This document shows, in pieces, positions 30,680 to 40,082 of a DNA stretch of 64,000 nt; positions within the stretch are counted from its first letter, which is position 1, and each line of letters starts with the position of its first letter. The DNA is from an uncultured delta proteobacterium (GTDB lineage Bacteria; Desulfobacterota; Binatia; UBA9968). Where the stretch lies: the NCBI GenBank assembly GCA_963816145.1, contig CAWFJP010000027.1, positions 1 through 64,000 on the forward strand, written 5' to 3'. The position numbers and the translations under genes were made by a program. The notes under the pieces were generated by a model. That model saw nothing but the letters and a program-made list of their open reading frames with translations. It had not been told where the DNA came from and did not search any database.

Positions 30680-32029
30680 ATGAAAGCCGAGAGCGCCTAC
30701 GGAGCGGGGACAGAACAAATCCACAATTTTACCAAGGAAGAAAATGAAGCGCTGACGCGGGTTGGGCCCGGCTCGCTGATGGGCAATCTGTTCCGGCAAT
30801 ATTGGATTCCGGTGACGCCGGCGGCCGATATGCGCGAGCCCGGCGGACGACCGCTCCGGGTGAAGTTGCTCGGCGAAGATTTAGTATTGTTCCGGACGAG
30901 GAACGGCCGGTTGGGACTGATCCGTTCATTTTGTCCGCATCGCCTGGCGCCGCTATTTTACGGTCGCGTCGAAGCGGATGGGCTGCGCTGTCCTTATCAT
31001 GGTTGGATGTTTGCTCCGGACGGCAAGTGCCTCGAGATGCCGAACATCCCCGCTGAGATCGCCTTCACCGAACAAATCCATCATTCCGGTTATCCTTGCG
31101 CCGAGCGCGGCGGCATCATCTGGACCTACATGGGTCGCAGCCCGGCGCTGCCGGAGATACCGGACCTGGAATTTCTCCGCGTCACCGACGACGACCGGCA
31201 GTATCGAATGTTTTTTCAAGAGTGCAATTATCTCCAAGTGCTCGAAGGCGGCATCGATCCGACTCATGTCATGTGGCTGCACTCGCCCTACGATCTCGGC
31301 GACGAGGAACTCACGGCGACGCAGCAGCCGGATCAGCACCGCGTGGCGCAGCGCTCGGGCGCGCGCACGCCGCTGGATGTCGTGATCGCCGACAGCGCCG
31401 GCGGTTTTACCTACGGTGCCCGAAGGCCCGCGGCAGCCGGCAAGAGCTTGTGGCGCATCAATCAATTCGTCCTGCCTTTTTACACGATGCCGCCGGGCGG
31501 CGATCAAAAACAGGCGAGGGCCTACGTTCCGGTAGACGATGAAAGCTGCGTCAAGTGGCAAATCAAATGGTTTCCGAGCAAGAGCATCAAAGAGGCGTCG
31601 AAGGAAACCCTGCGCGGCGCTTTTGCCGAGGAAGCCTATGATCCGCCGACCAATGCGCTGCCGTTCGGCCATGTGCGCATGAAGGCGAACAAAGCGAACG
31701 ATTATCTGATGAATTGGGAACTGCACAAGAACCGCCGCTTCGGCATCGCCGGGGTGAACTTGCAGGATGTCTGCGTTACCGAGAACGAAGGCCCGCAAGC
31801 GATCCTGGACCGCACCCAAGAGAATCTCTGCGCCGGCGACATGACCATCATCAAAGCGCGCTTGCTGCTGATGGAGGCGGCGCGGGCGCTGCGCGACAAG
31901 GGGGCGCTGCCCGAAGGCGCCCGCGCGCCGGGGGTCTATCGCGTGCGCGGTTGCGCGGTCACGATTTCCGATGATGTCGATTGGCTTGAAGGGGCGCGGG
32001 AGTCGATGACGGTGGCGGCGCTCGACTAG
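30680..32029 (+). CDS. Rieske non-heme iron oxygenase alpha subunit (LigXa/phthalate 4,5-dioxygenase-like)
   Basis: LTRVGPGSLMG, CPH...CPYHGW, EGGIDPTHVMWLH, DRTQENL. Confidence 0.92.
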   Translation: MKAESAYGAGTEQIHNFTKEENEALTRVGPGSLMGNLFRQYWIPVTPAADMREPGGRPLRVKLLGEDLVLFRTRNGRLGLIRSFCPHRLAPLFYGRVEADGLRCPYHGWMFAPDGKCLEMPNIPAEIAFTEQIHHSGYPCAERGGIIWTYMGRSPALPEIPDLEFLRVTDDDRQYRMFFQECNYLQVLEGGIDPTHVMWLHSPYDLGDEELTATQQPDQHRVAQRSGARTPLDVVIADSAGGFTYGARRPAAAGKSLWRINQFVLPFYTMPPGGDQKQARAYVPVDDESCVKWQIKWFPSKSIKEASKETLRGAFAEEAYDPPTNALPFGHVRMKANKANDYLMNWELHKNRRFGIAGVNLQDVCVTENEGPQAILDRTQENLCAGDMTIIKARLLLMEAARALRDKGALPEGARAPGVYRVRGCAVTISDDVDWLEGARESMTVAALD

Positions 32030-32144
32030 GATCAGAGCAGACTCACCACAGAGGGCGCAGAGATCACAGAGAATAGGATTCGGATTGGGAATTCTAACCG
32101 CAGGGGTCGCCACGATCGCCCCCACCTTCATCCTCCCCCGCGCT

Positions 32145-32276
32145 GAGACTGTGTCGCAACTGTCATTTCGAGGTGAAGCCGAGAAATCTCTTCTTCGTAT
32201 GTGGCTGAAAACACGAGATCCCTCGCTGCGCTCGGGATGACAAATGTGGGGCATTTGCGCATTACGACACAGCCGC
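32145..32276. mobile_element. ~132-bp MITE (IS5/IS1182-like ends) inserted in the loop of a CCCCCGCG REP hairpin
   Basis: Ends AGACTGTGTCGCAA/TTACGACACAGCC; short flanking duplication (GCT); near-identical inverted copy at 52480-52611. Confidence 0.85.
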
Positions 32277-32404
32277 GCTGCGGGGGAGGAAAGAGGAGGG
32301 GGATTAGCCGCAAAGCTTGTTTCGAGCCGAAGCGAATGAACTGAAGCCGCGCAAACTGCACAAATCGCTACCGGTGGGAGAGGCTTTAAAACCAGGCCTC
32401 CTGG

Positions 32405-33448
32405 TTAGCGGAACGGCCGGCCCGGTGGATCGAATTTCGGGTTGACTCCGGTTTCTTTTAGCACGTCGTCCAAGAAGCGGGTGTCGGTCCATTCGTTGAC
32501 ATCGATCTTGGGGACTTTTTCGAAGGCGGCAGTTTGGTAGTAGAAGTCGGCGGTTTTTTTGTAACTTTCGAGGTTCATCAGGCCGTTGACCGCCCATGAG
32601 GTTCTAAAGCCGTTCCATAAATTCACCGCATCGGCGCGCTCGAGTTTGGCGCGGCGCTTGGTGATCGCCGCGACCCAGGCTTCCTGGTTTTCGGCAAAGT
32701 GGCGCGCGGTCTTGACGATCGCCGCCGTGAAGCGGCGCAGCTGCTCGGGCTTTTCTTCGATGACTTTCGCCGTCGCGGCATTGACTTTTTCCACCACCGT
32801 GGCGTTTTCGAAAAACGTGTTGTGATCGACGAGAATCCTGACACCGGGCTCGCGCTGTATCGATGCCCAGGTTCCCACCGACATGGAAGTGGCGTCGACC
32901 CGGCCGGCGACCAGAGCTTGGGCGCGGGTGGTCGGCACGCCCATCGCCACCACCGTGAGGTTAGCTGGATTGACGCCGAGGGCTTTCAGCGTGAGCATCG
33001 ACTGGGTGTGATCGACGCTGCCAAGCCGCGCCACGGCGAAGGTCTTTCCCTGAAGCCCTTGCAGCGATTTGATTTCGTCGCGCGCCGCAATGAGAAAATA
33101 TAATCGCGCGTCGGGCGAATGGATGGCGCGCATGGGCGCGTTTTTCGATGCTGTTAGGCGGATCACTTCCGAGGTGGACACGTTGCCGACATCGATATCG
33201 CCGGAGATCATCGCGGCGATCGCCAGCGGCGTGCCCTGGAATTCGATCAATTCGATATCGAGACCTTCGCGTTGGTAAAATCCCAGGTCCTTGGCGAGCC
33301 AAAGCACCGAATTGGGCAGCGGCGGCACCGGCGAAGAGCCGAGGCCAACGCGCAGCCGTAAAACCTCTTTCGGTTTCGCTTCGGCGGCAATTGCAGGCGC
33401 CGCATGGAGCAGCAAACCGAGGACCAAAAGCGTGATGAGTCGTTTCAT
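32405..33448 (-). CDS. SsuA/NMT1-type ABC substrate-binding protein
   Basis: Signal peptide MKRLITLLVLGLL...AIA; WLAKDLGFYQREGLDIE; LQGKTFAV. Confidence 0.9.
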   Translation of the reverse strand: MKRLITLLVLGLLLHAAPAIAAEAKPKEVLRLRVGLGSSPVPPLPNSVLWLAKDLGFYQREGLDIELIEFQGTPLAIAAMISGDIDVGNVSTSEVIRLTASKNAPMRAIHSPDARLYFLIAARDEIKSLQGLQGKTFAVARLGSVDHTQSMLTLKALGVNPANLTVVAMGVPTTRAQALVAGRVDATSMSVGTWASIQREPGVRILVDHNTFFENATVVEKVNAATAKVIEEKPEQLRRFTAAIVKTARHFAENQEAWVAAITKRRAKLERADAVNLWNGFRTSWAVNGLMNLESYKKTADFYYQTAAFEKVPKIDVNEWTDTRFLDDVLKETGVNPKFDPPGRPFR

Positions 33449-33603
33449 CGATTCTTTCCCTGTTTTTTCATATCGCGAACAGCAAGTTCGTAACACTCGG
33501 CCTATAACCAGTCAACGCCAGCGCTTGACGTTGTCTCCCCTGCGCTGTAAACGAAACAGAAGTGCTGCGCCCGCTTTTGTCGGTCGCGCGAAGGAGATAA
33601 GGC

Positions 33604-34578
33604 ATGAGTTCCAACGAAAAAATTGTCGTGTTCGGGCCGGCGCTGCCGATGAATCTGGCGCCCATGTGGGTGGCCCACGACAAGGGCTTTTTCAAAGAAG
33701 AAGGACTGGATGTCGACCTGCGGCCGGTGCAAGGCATACCGGACAGCCAGCATCCGCGCCATCAGTGGCGCAAAGACGGCGCGATTATTTTCCAATCGCC
33801 CGGCGGCTCACCGCCGTTTCGCTCGGTGCTGGAAAAGCGCGATCATATCGACGGCGAAGTGAACGTCGTGTCGATCGCCAACCGCACCGCGCATGTCTTT
33901 GTCGCCAAGCCCTATGTCAAAGACGTTGCTGATTTGAAAGGTCGCAAGATCGCCGGCGATCTCAAGGGCGGGTCAAGCATGGACGCCAAAATGGTCATGC
34001 GCCACTTCGGCGTCGATCCGGAAAAGGATGTGACCTGGATCGATAGCCGGGGCAAGCCGCCCAACACCGAGCGTTTTCGACTGGGGCTGTTCGAAAGAGG
34101 CGAAGTCGATGCGGTTTGCTGCGATCCACCGCACTGGAACATCGCCGTGCAGATGGGCGGTCATGCGCTGCAGTCGTGCCGCGATCTTTTTTCGATTCCC
34201 GAGGCGGGCTTTTCCACTTCACCCGCGGTCATCGCCGAGAAGCCCTTCGTGGTGAAGGGGATGATTCGCGCTTTGTTGCGCGGCGTCATGGTGGCGCGCC
34301 ACAGCAAACAAGAGGCTCTCGACTCGATCCTGCGCCATAACCATTTCATCAACCGCGAGCTGGCGACCATCGCTTACGACGAAGTGCACAAAGAGTGGGG
34401 GCCGGTGCTCGATTTGGATGCCTATCAGCGCAAGGTGGATTTCTACACCAGCGAGTGGAACCTGGCGAAAAAACCGGTGAGCGATTACTACAATTTTAAG
34501 TATTTGAAAGAAGCGCTCGACGAGTTGGGCTTGCTCCATACTTGGGATTCGCGGTTGGAATTTAAAGATAAGGCGTGA
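33604..34578 (+). CDS. SsuA/NMT1/THI5-like substrate-binding-fold protein, no signal peptide
   Basis: PMWVAHDKGFFKEEGLDVDL, DLKGRKIA, GVDPEKDVTW; RBS GGAG; hydrophilic N-terminus. Confidence 0.85.
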   Translation: MSSNEKIVVFGPALPMNLAPMWVAHDKGFFKEEGLDVDLRPVQGIPDSQHPRHQWRKDGAIIFQSPGGSPPFRSVLEKRDHIDGEVNVVSIANRTAHVFVAKPYVKDVADLKGRKIAGDLKGGSSMDAKMVMRHFGVDPEKDVTWIDSRGKPPNTERFRLGLFERGEVDAVCCDPPHWNIAVQMGGHALQSCRDLFSIPEAGFSTSPAVIAEKPFVVKGMIRALLRGVMVARHSKQEALDSILRHNHFINRELATIAYDEVHKEWGPVLDLDAYQRKVDFYTSEWNLAKKPVSDYYNFKYLKEALDELGLLHTWDSRLEFKDKA

Positions 34579-34671
34579 GGCTGCAGGCGCGAGGCGTGAG
34601 GCTCGAGGGAAGAAATAGGGAATAGACAGCAGGCTATAGGCAATAGTCGGAAAGAAAAATTGGAGAATTGA

Positions 34672-35700
34672 TTGCGGCGGGCTCTACTCAATTTACTAAT
34701 TCTGTTGGCCGTGGCTGCGCCGGCTTCGGCGCAATCGAATTTTTACGAAGATAAGACCATTCGGCTTGTAATTGGCTTTTCCGCGGGCGGAATCAGCGAT
34801 CTGTGGGGGCGGGCGCTGTCGCGGGCGATGAGCCCACATATCCCCGGCAAGCCGCAGATCGTTCTGCACAATATGCCCGGCGCCGGTTCGCTCACCGCGG
34901 CGAATTATCTTTACAGCGTCGCCAAACCGGACGGCCTGACCATAGGGTTCTTCACGCCTGGGTTGTTTTTCAACCAGCTCATCGGTTCCAAAGAAGTTCA
35001 GTTCGACTGGGCCAAGTTCGTCTGGATCGGTTCTCCGGAACAAACTCAACGGATCATTTACATCCGCGGCGACTCGCCGTTCAAAACCATCGACGACATG
35101 CGCGGCGCCGCCGAGGGGCCGCGCTGCGGCGCCACGGCGCTGGGCACCGTGGGGCACTATTTCCCGCGCTTGGTCGAGGAAGCCTTGGGTGTGAAATTCA
35201 ATCTGGTCATTGGCTACCCTGGGGCGGCAGAAATCGATCTGGCGATTCAGAAGAATGAAGTGCAGTGCCGCGCCGGCAGTTTGGAAGGCTATTTTGGCAG
35301 CGAGCCGAGCAAGAGCTGGGCGAAGAATGGCTTTGCCCGGGTGCTGATCACCGGCGGCGCGAAGCGCGATGGACGGATTCCGGACGTCGCGACGCTCCAT
35401 GAGCTCATGGACAAACGCAAAGCGCCGGATGTCACGCGTCGCTTGGCGACGGTGCTGCTGTCTCCGGATTATATCGGCAGGCCGCTGGCGACGACGCCGG
35501 GCGTGCCGGCTGAGCGGGTGAAGCTATTGCGCGATGCCTTCAACAAGGCGCTGGCCTCGCCGGAGTTGGTCGCCGAAGCAAAGACCCGCGGCTGGGAACT
35601 CGAACCGGTGACCGGCGAGGAACTGGAAGCGATCGGCAAGCGCGTGATGACCCAGCCAGCCGACGTGATCGAGCGAATGAAAAAAATCCTCGGCCATTGA
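34672..35700 (+). CDS. Tripartite tricarboxylate transporter substrate-binding protein (Bug/TctC)
   Basis: Signal peptide, KTIRLVIGFSAGG, NMPGAGSL.AANY, KPDGLT, PGVPAERVKLLRDAF. Confidence 0.92.
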   Translation: MRRALLNLLILLAVAAPASAQSNFYEDKTIRLVIGFSAGGISDLWGRALSRAMSPHIPGKPQIVLHNMPGAGSLTAANYLYSVAKPDGLTIGFFTPGLFFNQLIGSKEVQFDWAKFVWIGSPEQTQRIIYIRGDSPFKTIDDMRGAAEGPRCGATALGTVGHYFPRLVEEALGVKFNLVIGYPGAAEIDLAIQKNEVQCRAGSLEGYFGSEPSKSWAKNGFARVLITGGAKRDGRIPDVATLHELMDKRKAPDVTRRLATVLLSPDYIGRPLATTPGVPAERVKLLRDAFNKALASPELVAEAKTRGWELEPVTGEELEAIGKRVMTQPADVIERMKKILGH

Positions 35701-35752
35701 TCTTGGGTGCCTAGATGCGAGAAATCGCAGCCGGAGAAGAATTAATATTTCT

Positions 35753-35830
35753 CACCACGAAGGCACGAAGGACACGAAGATTTCGGATATATAATTTCTT
35801 CCCTTCGTGCTCTTCGTGTCCTTCGTGGTG
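35753..35830. repeat. Uninterrupted CACGAAG inverted repeat (further copies 37155-37234, 41224-41303)
   Basis: CACCACGAAGGCACGAAGGACACGAAG ... CTTCGTGCTCTTCGTGTCCTTCGTGGTG. Confidence 0.85.
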
Positions 35831-35851
35831 ATATCGATTTGGAGTAACCGC

Positions 35852-37075
35852 ATGTATAAAACCAGCAAAGAGGAAAACGAAATTCTCACGCGCACCGGCA
35901 AGGGGACGCCGATGGGGGAGTTTTTGCGGCGCTATTGGTGGCCCGTCGGGATTTCCGCGCATTTAAAAATCAAGCCGACGTTTATTCGCGTATTCGGCGA
36001 AGATTTAGTTCTGTTTCGCGACGGCAATGGCAAAGCCGGCGTCATCGGCGCTTACTGCGCGCACCGCCGGGCGAATTTATGCCTCGGCGATGTCGAGAAG
36101 GACGGCGTGCGCTGCCGCTATCATGGCTGGTTGTACGATCGCGATGGCCAGTGCCGGCAGATTCCCGGCGAGCCGCCCAACAGTGAATTGAAAAAGGAGT
36201 CGATCCGCTTGCCGGCTTATCCGGTGCAGGAGTTGGGCGGTTTGATCTTTGCCTATTTCGGACCGCAGCCTGTGCCTCTGGTGCCGCGCTATAATTTTCT
36301 GGTCGGCGAAGGCGAGGTTTACATCACGGTCCAAGGCATTCAGAACTGCAACTGGCTGCAATGCGTCGAGAACGGCATGGACCCGGTGCACCCGAGCTTC
36401 ACCCATGGCGGCGCCTGGCCGGATATCATGAGTACGGAGCCGGAATTGGGCTTCCATGAAACCGAGTGGGGCATGGTTTACAAGGCGTATCGCAACACCA
36501 AAGAGCCGGGCCTGCTCAACTACCGCGAGCATCACTTACTCATGCCCGGGGTCAGTTGCGGCGGCAGCGGCGGACGTTATCTTTCCGGCGAGAAGGCCGG
36601 GACGCCGGTGTCGGCGGCGCGCTGGAGCGTGCCCATCGACGACACCCACACGTTGCTCATGCGCGTGCGCTTCAAGCCGTCGGACAATCCCGGCAAATAT
36701 GAAGGCGATCCGTTCAGCCGCCGTTGGAAGCCGCCGCAGCAATTCATCGTGCCTTACAAAGAGTATCTGGACTCCGACAACCCCGAGTTGGGCTATCCGA
36801 TCCCGCCGCTCCATTTCATCGAGGACGGCATGGTGGTCGACAGCATGCCGCCGATCGCCGACCGCGAGAACGAAAACCTCGGCCCGGCGATCGATGACGG
36901 CATTATCAAACTGCGCCAGATGTATTTGCGCGAGATCGACAAAGTGAAGCGCGGCGAAGATCCAAGATGCATTGTGCGCGATCCGGCGAAGAATCAGGTG
37001 ATCGTCATTCCGGCTTATGAAAAATGGGTGCCGGAGAGCGAGCGTAATTTGGGAAAAAGCGCGGCGGTGGGATAA
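35852..37075 (+). CDS. Rieske non-heme iron oxygenase alpha subunit
   Basis: GTPMGEFLRRYWWP, CAH...CRYHGW, ENGMDPVHPSFTH, DRENENLG. Confidence 0.92.
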   Translation: MYKTSKEENEILTRTGKGTPMGEFLRRYWWPVGISAHLKIKPTFIRVFGEDLVLFRDGNGKAGVIGAYCAHRRANLCLGDVEKDGVRCRYHGWLYDRDGQCRQIPGEPPNSELKKESIRLPAYPVQELGGLIFAYFGPQPVPLVPRYNFLVGEGEVYITVQGIQNCNWLQCVENGMDPVHPSFTHGGAWPDIMSTEPELGFHETEWGMVYKAYRNTKEPGLLNYREHHLLMPGVSCGGSGGRYLSGEKAGTPVSAARWSVPIDDTHTLLMRVRFKPSDNPGKYEGDPFSRRWKPPQQFIVPYKEYLDSDNPELGYPIPPLHFIEDGMVVDSMPPIADRENENLGPAIDDGIIKLRQMYLREIDKVKRGEDPRCIVRDPAKNQVIVIPAYEKWVPESERNLGKSAAVG

Positions 37076-37076
37076 T

Positions 37077-37125
37077 CCCCCACCTTCATCCTCCCCCGCG
37101 GCGCGGGGGAGGAAAGAGGAGGGGG
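37077..37125. repeat. CCCCCGCG-type REP palindrome (further copies 25202-25248, 32119-32302 interrupted, 39986-40034, 48057-48105)
   Basis: CCCCCACCTTCATCCTCCCCCGCGGCGCGGGGGAGGAAAGAGGAGGGGG. Confidence 0.85.
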
Positions 37126-37265
37126 TCGGCCGCAAAGTTCAGATAGGGATGATTCACCACGAAGGACACGAAGATCACGAAGTTCGGAATATCAATTGTC
37201 CGAAACCTTCGTGTCCTTCGTGCACTTCGTGGTGAAAAAATGAAGTGTTTCCAACAGGAGAACTT

Positions 37266-37586
37266 ATGGCGATTCATGTCGTGAATGAAAATGATGTCGA
37301 GCAGGTCAAGAGCGGGCGCGGCTTTACCAAGTGGCTGCATGTTTCGCCCGGCGGCGCGGGGCCGGAGATGATGATTCGCCATTGGGGACCGGACACCGAT
37401 ATACCGGTTCATAGCCATCCCTATCACGAAATGTTCTATGTGCTTGAAGGCGAGATCGAGATCGATGGTAAGACATATTCCGCCGGCTCGTGCATCTATA
37501 TCGAAAAGAACACGCCCTACGGGCCGACCCGGGCGCCCAAGGGCGGCAAGGTGTTGCGCTACGCCGAAGCAGGGGTCGGCAAGTAG
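37266..37586 (+). CDS. Cupin domain protein
   Basis: PVHSHPYHEMFYVLEGE; RBS AGGAG. Confidence 0.88.
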   Translation: MAIHVVNENDVEQVKSGRGFTKWLHVSPGGAGPEMMIRHWGPDTDIPVHSHPYHEMFYVLEGEIEIDGKTYSAGSCIYIEKNTPYGPTRAPKGGKVLRYAEAGVGK

Positions 37587-37587
37587 C

Positions 37588-38391
37588 ATGGATGCTTTTA
37601 TCGACGCCGACGGGCTGAAGACTTTCTACGTCAAAGCCGGCAACGGTTTCCCGGTGGTGCTGTTTCATGGCGCCGCGCCGGGGGCCTCGGCTCAAGTCAA
37701 CTGGCAGTTGAACATCGAACCGCTAGCGGCCGCCGGTTTTACCGTCTATGCCTACGACCAAGCGGGATACGGCCGCAGCGAGAACCCCGCAGATCTGTCC
37801 ATAGAGTATCGCGTCAGTCACGCCAAGGCTTTCGTCAATGCGTTAAAACTTAATCGCTACCACGTCGTCGGCAACTCCGTCGGCGGTTATCTCGCCGCTC
37901 GGCTCGCTCTCGAAGATCCTCGGGTCGGCAAATTCGTCACCACCACCAGCGGCACCTTGGCGCCGAAAGGATCGGCGGAGTCCCAAGCGCTGGGTCAAAA
38001 ACATTCCGAGGAACTGCGCGAGTATGTGCCGGGTCTGGAAAATATGCGCGCGCTCACGCTGGGCACCCTGCACCGCAAAGAGCTGGTCACCGAAGATCTC
38101 GTCCGGGCGCGCCACGAGATGAGCATCGGCAAGAATCAAGAAGCGGCGCAGTTGCGAAAAGGTGTGAAGCCGCCGCGGCCGCTGACCGATGAATTGCCCA
38201 AACTCAAGACCAAGACCTTGCTTCTCTGGGGCAACCAGGACCGAGGCGTTTCGGTGGAGCGAGGCCTATTGCTGTTTCAACTGATTCCCAACGCCGAGTT
38301 TCATCTGTTCGACCAGTGCGCCCACTGGGTGCAGTGGGACCAGGCCCAACGCTTCAACCGGGTGGTGAGCGATTTTCTTGGCGGCGATTAA
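37588..38391 (+). CDS. Alpha/beta hydrolase, BphD/HsaD-like C-C hydrolase
   Basis: HGAAPGAS...NW, GNSVGG, WGNQDR, CAHWVQW. Confidence 0.88.
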   Translation: MDAFIDADGLKTFYVKAGNGFPVVLFHGAAPGASAQVNWQLNIEPLAAAGFTVYAYDQAGYGRSENPADLSIEYRVSHAKAFVNALKLNRYHVVGNSVGGYLAARLALEDPRVGKFVTTTSGTLAPKGSAESQALGQKHSEELREYVPGLENMRALTLGTLHRKELVTEDLVRARHEMSIGKNQEAAQLRKGVKPPRPLTDELPKLKTKTLLLWGNQDRGVSVERGLLLFQLIPNAEFHLFDQCAHWVQWDQAQRFNRVVSDFLGGD

Positions 38392-38392
38392 T

Positions 38393-38462
38393 GTCCCTTT
38401 CGGGGATGGTTGAAATCCCTCGCCTTCAGGCGAAGGGAAGATTTGTCATGCCAGTCGACGAA
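38393..38462. mobile_element. Internally deleted copy of the 3345-3568 element
   Basis: ATTAAT|GTCCC...GAAATCCCTCGCCTTCAGGCGAAGGGAAGATTTGTCATGCC joined directly to AGTCGAC. Confidence 0.5.
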
Positions 38463-38539
38463 TTAATTGGCGCCGGTCGCTGTCGCACCTTTGATGCTCG
38501 AACTGGTGAAACGGCCAAGATAATTTCCGGGAGATAACC

Positions 38540-38953
38540 CTGCTGACCAAGCGACAAGCCGAAGAATCGGTGATCACCCGTCTCAAATCGCGGTGCGCTG
38601 CCGGAGAGATTTCACTTGCCGAGTGGAGCGGTTCGGAACGCGCTTTCGGTTGGGTTTTTGAAGTGTCGGTGATTGGCGCCAACAATAGCGCATCGTCAGC
38701 ATCCGCTATCCCGCGCTGGGTGATCGTCAACAAACATTCGCAGCAGGTGGTTGCCAGTTCCCTGGCTTCTGATGTAGAGCAGTTTGTCCGGCTCTATGAA
38801 AAGCTGTTGGCGCAAAACCAAACACGCAGTCAGGGTTGGTGCGGTACTCTGCCGTTGCCTTTTCCATGGTCGCTGTGGCGTAAACGGACGGTTGCGGAGC
38901 GGGCGAGAGAGGGTGGCTTCTACGAGATCGGCGGTAAGGAAGGTGAGCCATGA
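38540..38953 (+). CDS. Hypothetical protein, possibly YrhB/Imm35-like; start uncertain (CTG 38540/38543 or GTG 38570)
   Basis: LTKRQAEESV...ERAFGWVF...VIVNKHSQQV...VEQFVRLYE. Confidence 0.45.
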   Translation: MLTKRQAEESVITRLKSRCAAGEISLAEWSGSERAFGWVFEVSVIGANNSASSASAIPRWVIVNKHSQQVVASSLASDVEQFVRLYEKLLAQNQTRSQGWCGTLPLPFPWSLWRKRTVAERAREGGFYEIGGKEGEP

Positions 38954-39948
38954 TTAGAGCGTTGATCGCATGCGGTATTGTCGCGGCTGGGCTGTTTCTG
39001 GCGCCCAGTGCGCAAGCTCAAGATAAAAAACTCGAGCGGCTGCGCGTTGGCGGCGGCTCGGCGTCGACGACGCAGATGTCGCTGTGGTTCGCTAAGGAAG
39101 GAAACTTTTTCGATAAGCATGGCCTCAACGTCGAGGCGATCAGCATCCCGGGCAGCTCGCTGGCGCTTCAAGCGATGCTCTCCGGGGAATTGCCGATCAT
39201 CCAGCTAGGCGGCGCCGCCTCGATCCAGGCGAACCTCGCCGGCGCCGATACCGTGATCATCGCGACCATCGTCAAGAAATTTCTCTTCTGGGTTTACGCC
39301 GTGCCGGGCATCAACCGGATGGAAGACCTCAAGGGCAAGGTTTTCGGCGTTACCCGCTTCGGCACGCTTTCGGATCTCGCCTCGCGCATCGCTCTACGCG
39401 CCCATGGCATCGAGCCGGACCGAGACGTGACCATGGTCCAAACCGGCGGCCCGGCGGAAGGTTTATCGGCAATGGCCGCGGGGAAGGTCACCGCTGCTTC
39501 CTTAGCGCCGCCTGGGACACTGCAGGCGCGCAAACTGAAATTCAAACTGCTCTTCGACATGAGCAAGCTCGATGCCGAGTACCATATCAACGGCGTGTTG
39601 ACGACGCGAAGGTTCTTGCGCAGCAACGAGGATACGGTGCGGCGTTTTCTCAGAGCCTACATCGAAGGCGCGGCGCGCGCGCAGAAGGACAAGAGCTTCG
39701 CGTTTAAGGTCATGGGCAAGTATTTTCGCACTGACGACAAAGATATTTTGGAAGAAAGCTACGACACGACGATCCGGACCAATTTCGCGATACCGCCTCA
39801 TCCTTCAATGCCCGGCGTGGCGAGCTTGATCCAAGAGCTGGAGAAACAGAATCCCAAGGCCAAGGGAGCCAAACCGGAGGAGTTCGCCGATGGCCGGCTG
39901 GTGCGCGAGATCGAGCAATCGGGATTTCTCAAAACTATCGGTCAATAA
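38950..39948 (+). CDS. SsuA/NMT1-type ABC substrate-binding protein
   Basis: Signal peptide; WFAKEGNFFDKHGLNVE; DLKGKVFGVTRFGTLSD. Confidence 0.92.
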   Translation: MIRALIACGIVAAGLFLAPSAQAQDKKLERLRVGGGSASTTQMSLWFAKEGNFFDKHGLNVEAISIPGSSLALQAMLSGELPIIQLGGAASIQANLAGADTVIIATIVKKFLFWVYAVPGINRMEDLKGKVFGVTRFGTLSDLASRIALRAHGIEPDRDVTMVQTGGPAEGLSAMAAGKVTAASLAPPGTLQARKLKFKLLFDMSKLDAEYHINGVLTTRRFLRSNEDTVRRFLRAYIEGAARAQKDKSFAFKVMGKYFRTDDKDILEESYDTTIRTNFAIPPHPSMPGVASLIQELEKQNPKAKGAKPEEFADGRLVREIEQSGFLKTIGQ

Positions 39949-39951
39949 GAT

Positions 39952-40078
39952 GTTCAAATCGTTCAAAACGTTCAAATCGCTCAAACCCCCACCTCTTTCC
40001 TCCCCCGCGACGCGGGGGAGGATGAAGGAGGGGGCTTGAGCGGAGCGCAGCGGTTGAACGGCTGGAACGTTTTGAACG
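39952..40078. repeat. Inverted GTTCAA nonamer repeat enclosing a CCCCCGCG REP (related: 17107-17125, 44686-44843, 48107-48150, 63747-63778)
   Basis: GTTCAAATCGTTCAAAACGTTCAAATCGCTCAA ... TTGAACGGCTGGAACGTTTTGAAC. Confidence 0.8.
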
Positions 40079-40082
40079 GGCT

